Source: Chromatiales bacterium (GTDB lineage: Bacteria > Pseudomonadota > Gammaproteobacteria > RBG-16-57-12). Taken from it: DNA of 64,000 nt. The notes beneath the pieces are model-generated. The model was given only the letters and a program-made list of their open reading frames with translations. It searched no databases and was not told the origin of the DNA. The number at the start of each line of letters is the position of its first letter. Positions within the stretch are counted from its first letter, which is position 1. Shown here piece by piece: positions 1 to 9,460 of this stretch. Made by a program: the position numbers and the translations under genes. Location of the stretch: positions 29,146 through 93,145 of the forward strand of contig JALSJH010000022.1 of NCBI GenBank assembly GCA_026989455.1, given 5' to 3'.

Positions 1-2
1 CG

Positions 3-317
3 TTGGCGCGTGAAAATGATGGTTTGACGGTCACCTTTAATGTGACAGATGGATTGGAGACCGTGCCGGTTAAATATGTTGGCATACTGCCGGATCTGTT
101 TAGAGAGGGGCAAGGCATTGTGGCTCAAGGAAAGTGGGACAGTGATTCACTTTTCACCGCAAATGAGGTGCTTGCCAAGCACGATGAAAACTACATGCCG
201 CCCGAAGTAGCCGAAGCGCTTGAAAAGGCTGAACAGGAAAAAGCGGCACGAAAAGCGGCGGCTGCTCAAGAGAATGAACCACCAACTGATACCCCTGTCG
301 AAGGCATCAGCAAATAA
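3..317 (+). CDS. ccmE: Cytochrome c-type biogenesis heme chaperone CcmE, C-terminal part; 5' end lies outside the window
   Basis: ORF 3..317. The C-terminal region ...[19 protein letters not shown]... is typical of CcmE. It directly precedes ccmF, as in ccm operons. Confidence 0.8.
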   Translation: MARENDGLTVTFNVTDGLETVPVKYVGILPDLFREGQGIVAQGKWDSDSLFTANEVLAKHDENYMPPEVAEALEKAEQEKAARKAAAAQENEPPTDTPVEGISK

Positions 318-348
318 TAATAGCCTGTAAGGTTAAGGAGTAGATTTA

Positions 349-2343
349 ATGATCCCAGAGATTGGTCACTTTTCGTTAATTCTGGCGCTCTGTATGGCGG
401 TGGTGCTAGGTACCCTGCCGATAATTGGCGCGGCTAAGGGTATTCACCCTTGGATGGCACTAGCGCGCCCAGTGGCGACCGGGCTGTTTGTTTTCATGAT
501 GATTTCGTATGTCTGTTTGACCTATGCTTTCATAACGGATGATTTTTCTGTTTTATACGTGGCAGGGCACTCTAATAGTTACCTTCCCATTCAATATAAA
601 ATTGCCGGTGTCTGGGGTGGCCACGAAGGGTCGATGCTCTTCTGGGTGACATCACTTACGCTCTGGATTGTGGGTGTCGCGGTCTTTAGTAAAAACTTAC
701 CGCTAGACATGGTTGCCCGCGTGTTGGGAGTAATGGGTGTGATTACGGTGGGTTTCATACTCTTTATGCTGTTGACATCCGATCCATTTGATCGCCTTTT
801 CCCCGCACCGCTCGATGGTCGTGACCTTAATCCGTTGCTGCAGGATCCTGGCCTGGTTATTCATCCACCGATGCTCTATTTAGGGTATGTTGGTTTTGCG
901 GTTGCCTTTGCTTTTGCCATTGCGGCACTGCTGAGTGGCCGTCTTGATTCAACTTGGGCACGCTGGTCGCGCCCATGGACAATCCTCGCCTGGGTCTTCC
1001 TGACGATTGGTATCGCACTGGGCTCCTGGTGGGCATATTATGAGCTTGGCTGGGGCGGCTGGTGGTTTTGGGATCCGGTCGAGAACGCATCGTTCATGCC
1101 GTGGCTGGTGGGTACCGCGTTACTCCACTCACTGATTGTTACTGAGAAACGAGGTAGCTTTAAAAACTGGACGGTACTGCTGGCAATTTTTGCATTCTCA
1201 CTTAGTCTGTTGGGTGCCTTCTTGGTGCGCTCTGGGGTGCTTACCTCAGTGCATGCCTTTGCAACCGACCCTGAGCGGGGTGGCTTTATTTTGATGTTCT
1301 TGCTGGTTACCATCGGTGTTTCGTTGGCACTTTACGCCTGGCGTGCACCAAAAGTTGGTCTTGGCGGGCGCTTCCAGCTCTTCTCCCGTGAATCACTGTT
1401 ATTGACTAATAATGTCCTGCTAGTGGTTGCAATGGCAGCGGTGCTGCTGGGAACACTTTATCCGTTGCTGCTGGACTCGATGGGGATGGGTAAGATTTCG
1501 GTTGGACCTCCTTACTTCAATGCGGTGTTTGTGCCGTTGATGTTGCCACTGCTGTTTTTGATGGGTATTGGACCACTGGCGCGTTGGAAAGGTGCCTCTG
1601 TGCCTGACCTCTGGTTGCGCCTGCGCTGGGCTTTCGCTGCATCGATTATTATTGGTCTGTTACTGCCCTTTACCATGGGCGAATGGCATGCGATGACCAG
1701 TATCACCCTGATTCTTGCGGTGTGGATTACAGCGTCAATGATACGCCAGTTCTATGACCGTCTGACTGCGGCAAGCAGTAAAGGCTCAATATTTGCGCGA
1801 CTAAGGAAAATTCCGCGCAACTTTTATGGTATGCAGGTGGCGCATCTTGGTATTGCGGTGCTGATTGTCGGTATTACGATGGTTGAAACCTATGAGCAAG
1901 AGAAAGATATGCGCATGGAAGTGGGTCAAACGGTAGAGATGGATGGATACGTGTTCCGTTTTGATGGCGTTGCCATGGTGCCGGGTCCAAATTATGACTC
2001 AAATATGGGCACCATTCAGGTGTTTAAAAATGGTGAGGAGTATGTTGTTCTGAATCCAGAAAAGCGTACCTACCGCATTCAAACCATGCCGATGACTGAG
2101 GCGGGCATTGATAGCGGAATATTTCGTGATCTTTATGTCTCACTTGGAGAGCCGGTGGGCAATGGTGCATGGAGTGTGCGTGTTTACTACAAGCCCTTCG
2201 TTAACTGGATTTGGGGGGGATGCTTCATCATGTCACTGGGTGGTTTGATTGCCGTCTCGGATAAGCGTTATCGAGTTAGAGCCAAGAAGAAGTTGCTGAC
2301 CAGTGATGGCAAAAAACCTGCGGCGGTAGAGGGGAGTGTCTGA
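349..2343 (+). CDS. ccmF: Cytochrome c-type biogenesis heme lyase CcmF
   Basis: 664-aa polytopic membrane protein with W-rich motifs (WGGWWFWDPVENAS). Position between ccmE and ccmG. Confidence 0.93.
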   Translation: MIPEIGHFSLILALCMAVVLGTLPIIGAAKGIHPWMALARPVATGLFVFMMISYVCLTYAFITDDFSVLYVAGHSNSYLPIQYKIAGVWGGHEGSMLFWVTSLTLWIVGVAVFSKNLPLDMVARVLGVMGVITVGFILFMLLTSDPFDRLFPAPLDGRDLNPLLQDPGLVIHPPMLYLGYVGFAVAFAFAIAALLSGRLDSTWARWSRPWTILAWVFLTIGIALGSWWAYYELGWGGWWFWDPVENASFMPWLVGTALLHSLIVTEKRGSFKNWTVLLAIFAFSLSLLGAFLVRSGVLTSVHAFATDPERGGFILMFLLVTIGVSLALYAWRAPKVGLGGRFQLFSRESLLLTNNVLLVVAMAAVLLGTLYPLLLDSMGMGKISVGPPYFNAVFVPLMLPLLFLMGIGPLARWKGASVPDLWLRLRWAFAASIIIGLLLPFTMGEWHAMTSITLILAVWITASMIRQFYDRLTAASSKGSIFARLRKIPRNFYGMQVAHLGIAVLIVGITMVETYEQEKDMRMEVGQTVEMDGYVFRFDGVAMVPGPNYDSNMGTIQVFKNGEEYVVLNPEKRTYRIQTMPMTEAGIDSGIFRDLYVSLGEPVGNGAWSVRVYYKPFVNWIWGGCFIMSLGGLIAVSDKRYRVRAKKKLLTSDGKKPAAVEGSV

Positions 2344-2915
2344 TGGTAAAATATCTCATTCCATTAGTTCTGTTTGTGGTGCTAGCTGGCTTTCTGTTCG
2401 CGGGGTTAGGTTTAAAACCACGGGAAGTGCCCTCACCCTTCATTGGCAAGGCTGCGCCGGATTTTAACCTTCCGCAGCTGATGCAGCCCGAAAAGAGCAT
2501 CAGTCGTGATGAGTTGTTGGGCAAGGTCTACCTGTTGAATGTGTGGGCCTCATGGTGTGTGACCTGTAAATATGAGCACCCGTTGTTGATGGAGCTTAAA
2601 AACGCAAGGTTGGTTGAGGTCTACGGCCTTAACTATAAAGACAAACGTGAAGATGCACGCTTGGTCTTACGACGCACTGGTGACCCCTATGTTGTCAATG
2701 CATATGATGAAGAGGGTCGTGTTGGCATCGATTACGGGGTTACCGGAACGCCTGAAACATTTTTGATTGATAAAAATGGTACGGTAGTACACAAGGTAAT
2801 TGGCGCTCTAACCCCCGATATTCTCCGCAATTGTATCCTTCCACTGGTCGAGCAGTTGAAGATGGCTGATCGACAAAATCAAATTTCGCGGGAGGCGGTT
2901 GAAGCATGCGTTTGA
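2343..2915 (+). CDS. ccmG: Thiol:disulfide interchange protein CcmG/DsbE
   Basis: Thioredoxin fold with WASWCVTCKYEHP active-site motif and an N-terminal membrane anchor. Its start overlaps the ccmF stop. Confidence 0.9.
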   Translation: MVKYLIPLVLFVVLAGFLFAGLGLKPREVPSPFIGKAAPDFNLPQLMQPEKSISRDELLGKVYLLNVWASWCVTCKYEHPLLMELKNARLVEVYGLNYKDKREDARLVLRRTGDPYVVNAYDEEGRVGIDYGVTGTPETFLIDKNGTVVHKVIGALTPDILRNCILPLVEQLKMADRQNQISREAVEACV

Positions 2916-3406
2916 TGAATCGAGTTTCGTGTTCAATCGCGGTGTTGTTGATGTTGGCAGGTACTTCTGTGATGGCTATGGAAGCGAAACCAATGGCCAA
3001 AGACACCGTCCTTGAAGAGAAAGTAATGGAGATCTCCTTTGAGCTGCGCTGCCTGGTTTGTCAAAATCAGACCATCGCTGACTCGGATGCCGAGCTTGCA
3101 GTTGACCTGCGAAATCAGGTGCGAGAGATGATCGTAGCGGGCAAAACGGAAGAGGAGATCGTTGACTACATGGTGGCGCGTTACGGTGATTTCATTCTCT
3201 ATCGTCCGCCTGTTCAGCCGACAACCTACCTCCTCTGGTTTGGCCCTTTTATTCTCTTTGCGGTAGGGCTGGGGGTTTTGGTCATGAATATTAGATCGCG
3301 ACGTAAAATTAGTGATGAGGAGGCCGCTGAGGAGCAACTCTCATCAGATGAACTCGCACGAGTGAAATCGCTGTTAAAGCAGTCGTCAGGAGATGAAAGT
3401 AAATGA
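2906..3406 (+). CDS. ccmH: Cytochrome c-type biogenesis protein CcmH
   Basis: Signal peptide, LRCxxC motif (LRCLVCQNQTIADSDAELA) and a C-terminal TM segment. Operon position. Confidence 0.85.
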   Translation: MRLMNRVSCSIAVLLMLAGTSVMAMEAKPMAKDTVLEEKVMEISFELRCLVCQNQTIADSDAELAVDLRNQVREMIVAGKTEEEIVDYMVARYGDFILYRPPVQPTTYLLWFGPFILFAVGLGVLVMNIRSRRKISDEEAAEEQLSSDELARVKSLLKQSSGDESK

Positions 3407-4662
3407 TGTTTTTCTGGGTTATTGTCGTATTGCTTATTATTGCAGCGCTGCTATTTGTGATACCGCCGCTTTTTGAAGAAGAAGCTGGAGATATTGAATC
3501 TGATCGAAGCAAGCGTGATGAGCTGAGTGTCGCTGTATTTAAGGACCAGGTTACGGAGCTTGAGCGTGATTTGAGTAACGGTTCGTTAAGTGAAGAGCAG
3601 TTCGAGCTTGCGAAGCAGGATATTGAACGTGAACTGCTCGAATCAACTCAGGCCGAGAAGGTGATGCTGAGCAGTGGTGACAAGATTGCCAATGCAATGG
3701 CGGCTAAGGCTTCCGCATGGGTCATTATTATTGCTTTGCCGATCATGACAATCGCTTTTTATCAATCGTTTGGTGGTGGTCCTGAGGCTTTTGATCCCTC
3801 ACTGATTCAGGCACAGGTTGATGCTGAAGGTCATCAAGGCAGTAATGTTGAGGAGATGATCGCCACACTTATTCAACGTCTGGAGGCGAACCCGGACGAC
3901 GCTGAAGGTTGGGCTATGTTGGGGCGCTCTTACTATTTTGTTCAACAATATGGTCCTTCAGCACAGTCGTATGCAAACGCAATTTCTAAGCAGCAAGTTG
4001 AGAACCCCGATCTCTACGCTGATTATGCCGATGCGCTGGCTCTTGCCAACAACCGCAGCCTTCAAGGCAAGCCCATGGAGGCGGTGATACGAGCGATAGA
4101 GCTTGATCCAAATCATACCAAGTCTCTTTGGTTAGCCGGTACTGGTGCTTATCAAGCGAAAGATTGGGCAGAGGCTAAGCGCCACTGGGAGCACCTGCTT
4201 AGCCTGATGCCCCAAGGGAGCGAAAATGCACAGATGATTGAGGCTAATCTCAGCGAAATATATCAACTTCTCGGCCAGGCTGCGCCAGAGCAGAGCGACA
4301 CTCAAGCGGTTGCAAATAGCGCAGTGCATGGCACGGTGGAGTTGGATCCGGCAATCAGCACGCAGGTATCACCTGATGATGTGGTGTTTATCTTTGCTCG
4401 CGCTGCCAATGGCCCCAGAATGCCCTTGGCGATCCTTCGTAAGCAAGTAAGTGACCTGCCCATGTCATTCACACTGGATGACTCGATGGCGATGACCCCA
4501 GAGATGAAACTCTCCAGCTTCTCCGAGTTGGTGATTGGTGCGCGGGTGAGTAAGTCCGGTACCGCAATGGCAGGTGCAGGCGATATTGAAGGGCTTAGTG
4601 GAGTTATTCGGTTATCTGATGGCAATGAGGTGAACCTGATTATTAGTGACATTATTAAATAA
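3403..4662 (+). CDS. ccmI: c-type cytochrome biogenesis protein CcmI/CycH (TPR-containing)
   Basis: N-terminal TM segment followed by a TPR-like region. It comes last in the ccm operon and overlaps the ccmH stop. Confidence 0.7.
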   Translation: MMFFWVIVVLLIIAALLFVIPPLFEEEAGDIESDRSKRDELSVAVFKDQVTELERDLSNGSLSEEQFELAKQDIERELLESTQAEKVMLSSGDKIANAMAAKASAWVIIIALPIMTIAFYQSFGGGPEAFDPSLIQAQVDAEGHQGSNVEEMIATLIQRLEANPDDAEGWAMLGRSYYFVQQYGPSAQSYANAISKQQVENPDLYADYADALALANNRSLQGKPMEAVIRAIELDPNHTKSLWLAGTGAYQAKDWAEAKRHWEHLLSLMPQGSENAQMIEANLSEIYQLLGQAAPEQSDTQAVANSAVHGTVELDPAISTQVSPDDVVFIFARAANGPRMPLAILRKQVSDLPMSFTLDDSMAMTPEMKLSSFSELVIGARVSKSGTAMAGAGDIEGLSGVIRLSDGNEVNLIISDIIK

Positions 4663-4809
4663 ATTGCTTGTTGAGGCCCCTGTTTGATCACTCGCCTCTG
4701 TCGTCTCAATGTGAAGTGCTGTTTTTTACATTGCAGTGGCAGAATGGGTGAATTGAACCGGGGTCTCGTGTTATATTCAGCTTGAGAATAGTGTGCAAGG
4801 AATAAAAAA

Positions 4810-5919
4810 ATGAACCATCGTCTGATAGTGGCAGTAGCCGCAACCGTCGCTCTCTTAAGTGGTTGTAGTGATGCCGATAAAACCGCATCCACTGCGCTGC
4901 CTACAGCGGCAGAGGTGGCGGCACAAGCACAGCTGGCACCTTATAGAGTTCAGGAGACCTTTCAAGTGGGCGAGGGTGTCTATGTGCGCTCTGTTGCGGA
5001 AGATACCACCACTAACTCGCTCTGGATCGGAACCTCGGTCGGTGTGTTGCAGATCGACCTTCAAACCAATGATATGAAAGCGACCTATACCCGAGAAGAT
5101 GGCCTTGCCAATGAGTATGTCTTTGCTATCTATACCGACAGTAAAGGGTACAAATGGTTCGGCACAGATGGGGGTGGTATGTCGCGTTATCGTGATGGCG
5201 AGTGGAAAACATACTTCCCGATGCATGGTCTGGCGGATTACTGGGTCTACTCTTTTGCGGAACAAAAAGATGGCACCATCTGGGTGGGGACTTGGGCCGG
5301 GCTTAATCGTATTGACGGTGAAACTGAAGTTTTCAGCACCTATCTTGAAGAGTTGGTTAATGAGTGGGTTTATGGCTTGGATATTGATGAGCAAGATCGC
5401 GTCTGGATTGGCACCGAGGGCGGGGTCAATATGTACGATGGCGTAACTTGGCACGTCTGGACTCACAATGAAGGGCTAGGGGCATCAAATGGGACTTCCC
5501 TTCCCGTAAGTGATAACACTGGCTTAGGCACCCGTAGTCGACATGACCTCAGCATCACCACAAATGGTATGGAGACATTTAATCCCAACTATGTCTTTGA
5601 TATTGAAGTGGCCAGCGATGGTGCTGTTTGGGCAGGCACATGGGGTGGCGGTGTAGGGCGCTATGATGGTACCCGCTGGACAAATTACACCACCACTGAA
5701 GGGCTGGCTGGGAATATCGTCTACAGCATTGCAGAAGGACCAGACGGCATGCTCTGGTTTGGTACCAACCGCGGCCTGAGTGGCTTCGATGGCAACCGCT
5801 GGTTTACTTACAATAGCAGTAATGGCCTGCTGGATAATAACGTCTACGACATTACAGTGACGCAAGATGGTAGGGTTTGGGTTGGCACACGAAACGGTGT
5901 TGCCATACTTGCGCAATGA
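4810..5919 (+). CDS. Periplasmic lipoprotein with two-component-regulator-propeller (Reg_prop) repeats
   Basis: Lipobox LLSGC. Repeated W(I/V)GT..G(L/V)..(Y/F)DG..W motifs typical of Reg_prop beta-propeller blades. Confidence 0.6.
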   Translation: MNHRLIVAVAATVALLSGCSDADKTASTALPTAAEVAAQAQLAPYRVQETFQVGEGVYVRSVAEDTTTNSLWIGTSVGVLQIDLQTNDMKATYTREDGLANEYVFAIYTDSKGYKWFGTDGGGMSRYRDGEWKTYFPMHGLADYWVYSFAEQKDGTIWVGTWAGLNRIDGETEVFSTYLEELVNEWVYGLDIDEQDRVWIGTEGGVNMYDGVTWHVWTHNEGLGASNGTSLPVSDNTGLGTRSRHDLSITTNGMETFNPNYVFDIEVASDGAVWAGTWGGGVGRYDGTRWTNYTTTEGLAGNIVYSIAEGPDGMLWFGTNRGLSGFDGNRWFTYNSSNGLLDNNVYDITVTQDGRVWVGTRNGVAILAQ

Positions 5920-5957
5920 TCGATTTGAAATAGATAAAACTTAGAAGGAAGCAGAAG

Positions 5958-7199
5958 ATGAACTTTAAGACACTGGGGATTGTTGTTGCTGTTGCAGCGG
6001 TGGTGGGTGGTCTGGCATACAATGCTGGAAGCAATCAATCCACACCCGCACCGGTCGCCATGCCCGCATCTCAACAGAGTATGTCTACGCCTGTTATGCC
6101 AGTGGCTGCAAACGCTCCAACAATGCCTGCTGCATCTCAGCCTGGGCTTCCTACAGGTCATGGTGCTTACGATCGCTTTACCCACTTTAATGTGGGTCAG
6201 CGTAACGTCAAAAGCATCTTTGTTGATGGAAATATTGCCTGGGTGGGAACCTCAGGAGGTGTTATTGAGTATGACATGACAACAGGTGCTCACATTTCAC
6301 ACAATGTTAATAGTGAAGCGCTGCTCTCTAACGGCGTTTTCCATGTCAGCAAAATTAATGGAAAAATTGCAGCGGGTACTTATGGCGGTGGTCTCAGCCT
6401 CTATGACACACAAAAAGGTAGCTGGAAGAACTACAATATTCCGGAAGGGCTGGGTGATCAGTTTGTTTACGATGCGATGACCACGGCAAATGGTGATGTC
6501 TGGGTGGCCACCTGGTCAGGTGCCACCTTGATTCGTGGTGGTGAGCTAGATAACCCGGATGCTTGGGTAACCCATACCGTGAATAACACCAATAATGGGC
6601 TGGCCAATGACTGGGTTTATGGGCTTCAAGAGGGTAAGAATGGTGATGTCTGGTTAGCCACTGAAGGTGGTCTGACTCTTTTCCGTGATGGTAAGTGGAG
6701 CTCATGGAACCATGACGATGGCTTAGGTGCCAAATATGATGAAGTTAAAGATGATATTAAATTCACCAATGACCCAGGTGATGCCAGTAAGCACCATGCA
6801 CGTCAAAAAGTAGAGCAGGGACTGGAAGAGGTTGACATTGCGTTCAACCCTAACTACATCATCTCTCTGGTTATCGACGATGACGGCAATGTTTGGTGTG
6901 GTACCTGGGGTGCGGGTCTATCGATGTTTGATGGTGAAAAATGGACCACCTATACTCAGTCTGATGGTCTTCCTGCCAATCACATCTTCATGCTGCACAA
7001 AGATAAGTTTGGCGACATCTGGGCGGGTACCAGTAAAGGTCTGGCTAAGTTCAAGGGTGAAGGGAAAGGCTTCGATGTTAAAACCAAGCTTGATGGCCTC
7101 TTCAGTGACAATGTCTTCTCAATGGCTGAAGCGGATAACGGTTCGGTATGGTTAGGTAGCTTTGGCGGTGTAGCGCTGTTCCGTGAGTTTGATTACTGA
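5958..7199 (+). CDS. Secreted Reg_prop beta-propeller protein, paralog of the upstream gene
   Basis: Signal peptide. A P/A/M-rich low-complexity linker is followed by the same WVGT/WVAT ... DG.W blade repeats. Confidence 0.6.
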   Translation: MNFKTLGIVVAVAAVVGGLAYNAGSNQSTPAPVAMPASQQSMSTPVMPVAANAPTMPAASQPGLPTGHGAYDRFTHFNVGQRNVKSIFVDGNIAWVGTSGGVIEYDMTTGAHISHNVNSEALLSNGVFHVSKINGKIAAGTYGGGLSLYDTQKGSWKNYNIPEGLGDQFVYDAMTTANGDVWVATWSGATLIRGGELDNPDAWVTHTVNNTNNGLANDWVYGLQEGKNGDVWLATEGGLTLFRDGKWSSWNHDDGLGAKYDEVKDDIKFTNDPGDASKHHARQKVEQGLEEVDIAFNPNYIISLVIDDDGNVWCGTWGAGLSMFDGEKWTTYTQSDGLPANHIFMLHKDKFGDIWAGTSKGLAKFKGEGKGFDVKTKLDGLFSDNVFSMAEADNGSVWLGSFGGVALFREFDY

Positions 7200-7225
7200 T
7201 AAATAAACACCTTTGCGTTAAAGAA

Positions 7226-7262
7226 AGGCCCACCCAGTGTAAAACGGGGCGGGCCTTTTTTG
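7226..7262. terminator. GC-rich hairpin plus T-tract between convergent genes (bidirectional terminator candidate)
   Basis: ggcccaccc...ggggcgggcc stem followed by ttttttt. Located between the + gene ending at 7199 and the - gene ending at 7283. Confidence 0.5.
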
Positions 7263-7282
7263 TGGGTTTATATCGTTAGCGA

Positions 7283-7654
7283 TTAATTGCTTTTCGCTTT
7301 CATCATATCCTGATAGCCACCGGCATTGAGTACATCGGTAAAGCCGTGCTCACGAAGAACCGCTTCAGCTTTTCCTGCACGCCCGCCACTACGGCAATAG
7401 AGGACGATCGTGCGTGACTTATCCCCGCCCAGCTCACTGACTCGACTGGCCAGCTGGTCATGTGGAATCAAAAGGGCATTGTAGAGGTGCCCTTGCTGGT
7501 ACTCTTCGGGTGTTCGTACATCAAGCAGTAGCGCCCCTTGATCAATCAACTCCCAAGCCTGCTTTTCGGTTGAATTATTATCTTCAACCTGGCTACAGCC
7601 TGCACTGAAAAGAAGAACGATAATGAGTAGTGAGATGGTGGCAATTTGTGGCAT
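7283..7654 (-). CDS. Single-domain rhodanese (sulfurtransferase), lipoprotein
   Basis: Lipobox FSAGCSQ and an active-site loop YCRSGGRAGKA. Confidence 0.8.
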   Translation of the reverse strand: MPQIATISLLIIVLLFSAGCSQVEDNNSTEKQAWELIDQGALLLDVRTPEEYQQGHLYNALLIPHDQLASRVSELGGDKSRTIVLYCRSGGRAGKAEAVLREHGFTDVLNAGGYQDMMKAKSN

Positions 7655-7934
7655 GAAGTAGCTCCTATGATAAGAATATGGTAATAAGCTTATTAACTCG
7701 GGAGGTAGACAATAAACTCGAGTAAAGATTCACTCTGTCGGTAAGTTTTTTTGATAGTACGTAGGAGCAAGCTTTAGCTTGCGATAAGCCTTGCGGAAAA
7801 ACAGTGACCGCGCACCCCCGCTTCGCCATCTGAAGATGGCTCCTACAAATCACTGGTGTCATTGATAGGAGTGCCATCAACCTTTTTACTGAAGCGCTGG
7901 TTCTGAGCCGCATAAACAGTCGGCTTGTAGAGGC

Positions 7935-9296
7935 TCATTTGATAACCGCAAGCCGGTACACTCTTTTTAGTCGTAATGGTAATAAAATAGCGGCTAATAA
8001 TAGCCCTAGGACAATACCCAGCCAAAAGCCTTGAACCCCCATTGGGGGAAAAATCCACTCGGTGAATGCAAATACATAGCCCAACCCTAAGCCAATACCC
8101 CAGTAACTAACGAGCGTTACGAGCATGGTGATGGTGGAGTCATGAAACCCTCTTAATGCCCCTGCGGCTGTCACTTGAATGGCATCAAAAACTTGGTAGA
8201 TGGCGGCAAAGACTAATAAGGAAGCCGCTAAATAAAGTACATCCGGCTCTTTTGAGTACACACTGACAATATCCACTCTTAAAAAGTAACTGATGACGGC
8301 TAATAACAGGCCTAAAACAATCGAAAAGAGAAAGCCTGTGAATAAACTTAAGCGCAATTGATCCGGGTTTTTTTCGCCATAACCTAGCCCTACCCGAACC
8401 GTAAGTGCCATCGCAAAGCTGAGCGGAATCATGAATGCAAGAGAGGTAAAGCTAATGGCAATTTGATGGCCTGCGATTACCACAGCACCTAAAGGGGCGA
8501 TAAAGAGCGCAACCATGCTAAAGAGGCTGATTTCAAACAGTAAGGCAAAAGTGGTTGGAACCCCTAAGCTTAAGATAGGTTTTAACCCCTCACGCCAATG
8601 GATGCCCAATAGAGTGTTTTGAAAAGCAAGAAAAGGTTGCGTCAGCTTTGACTTAGCCACATACAAAACTCCCAGCAGCAACATAACCCACATCACAATG
8701 CTACTGGCCACGCCACAGCCTGCGGCACCCATGGGTTCAATCGGCCCCATGCCATAGATAAAAATGGCATTTAATGGGACATTTAAAAACAGTGCAAAAA
8801 AGCTGATCCACATGGTGGGCAGTGTGGTGCCGAGTCCTTCCCAGAAAAAACGTAACGCTTGATAAAGTGCAATGGCGGGCATACCAAATGCGATGTAAAA
8901 AAGGTAATCTTGAGTCAGCTGATAAACCGCATCATTTAAACTTAGCAGCTCTAATACCCACTCAAGGTTCATTAAAACCACTAAACTGAGTCCGCCTAAC
9001 GGCAAAGAGAGCCATAATCCTTGGTTTAGATAGCGGGTGATTCGCTCCGGCTTAGACTCTCCTAGTGCCTTTGCCACCAACGGTGTAATTGCCAATAAAA
9101 TACCGGTTGAAAACATAAACACTGGCAACATAATACTGGAACCCAAACCAATCGCCGCAAGGTCATTGGTTCCAACTTGCCCTGACATGATCGTGTCGAT
9201 GACACCTAATCCTGTTAATGCGAGTTGTGCCAATAAAATAGGCAGCGCCAATTTTAAGAGTAACGTTGCTTCCGTTTTGATAGCTGGCACCTGCAC
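7935..9296 (-). CDS. MATE family multidrug/sodium efflux transporter
   Basis: 453 aa with 12 predicted TM segments and MATE-like N-terminal motifs (NorM/DinF-like). Confidence 0.88.
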   Translation of the reverse strand: MQVPAIKTEATLLLKLALPILLAQLALTGLGVIDTIMSGQVGTNDLAAIGLGSSIMLPVFMFSTGILLAITPLVAKALGESKPERITRYLNQGLWLSLPLGGLSLVVLMNLEWVLELLSLNDAVYQLTQDYLFYIAFGMPAIALYQALRFFWEGLGTTLPTMWISFFALFLNVPLNAIFIYGMGPIEPMGAAGCGVASSIVMWVMLLLGVLYVAKSKLTQPFLAFQNTLLGIHWREGLKPILSLGVPTTFALLFEISLFSMVALFIAPLGAVVIAGHQIAISFTSLAFMIPLSFAMALTVRVGLGYGEKNPDQLRLSLFTGFLFSIVLGLLLAVISYFLRVDIVSVYSKEPDVLYLAASLLVFAAIYQVFDAIQVTAAGALRGFHDSTITMLVTLVSYWGIGLGLGYVFAFTEWIFPPMGVQGFWLGIVLGLLLAAILLPLRLKRVYRLAVIK

Positions 9297-9460
9297 TAAT
9301 CAAATTTCCTCAGTTTATTCAGTATGTTTATATTTTTTCTTCTCCGTCAGGTATCGTTTTTTCGTGTGGGTATGGAACTATTGTGATGAGTAGAAAAAAC
9401 ACCAACCACTTATAAGCCGAATAAGCAGACACAATCATGGTAAGTATAAAGAGAAGCCTT

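Noticed and set aside
7665-7913. 82-aa minus-strand ORF in the rhodanese-MATE spacer
   Set aside because: It overlaps the compound hairpin element and has no RBS or motif support. It is more likely non-coding.
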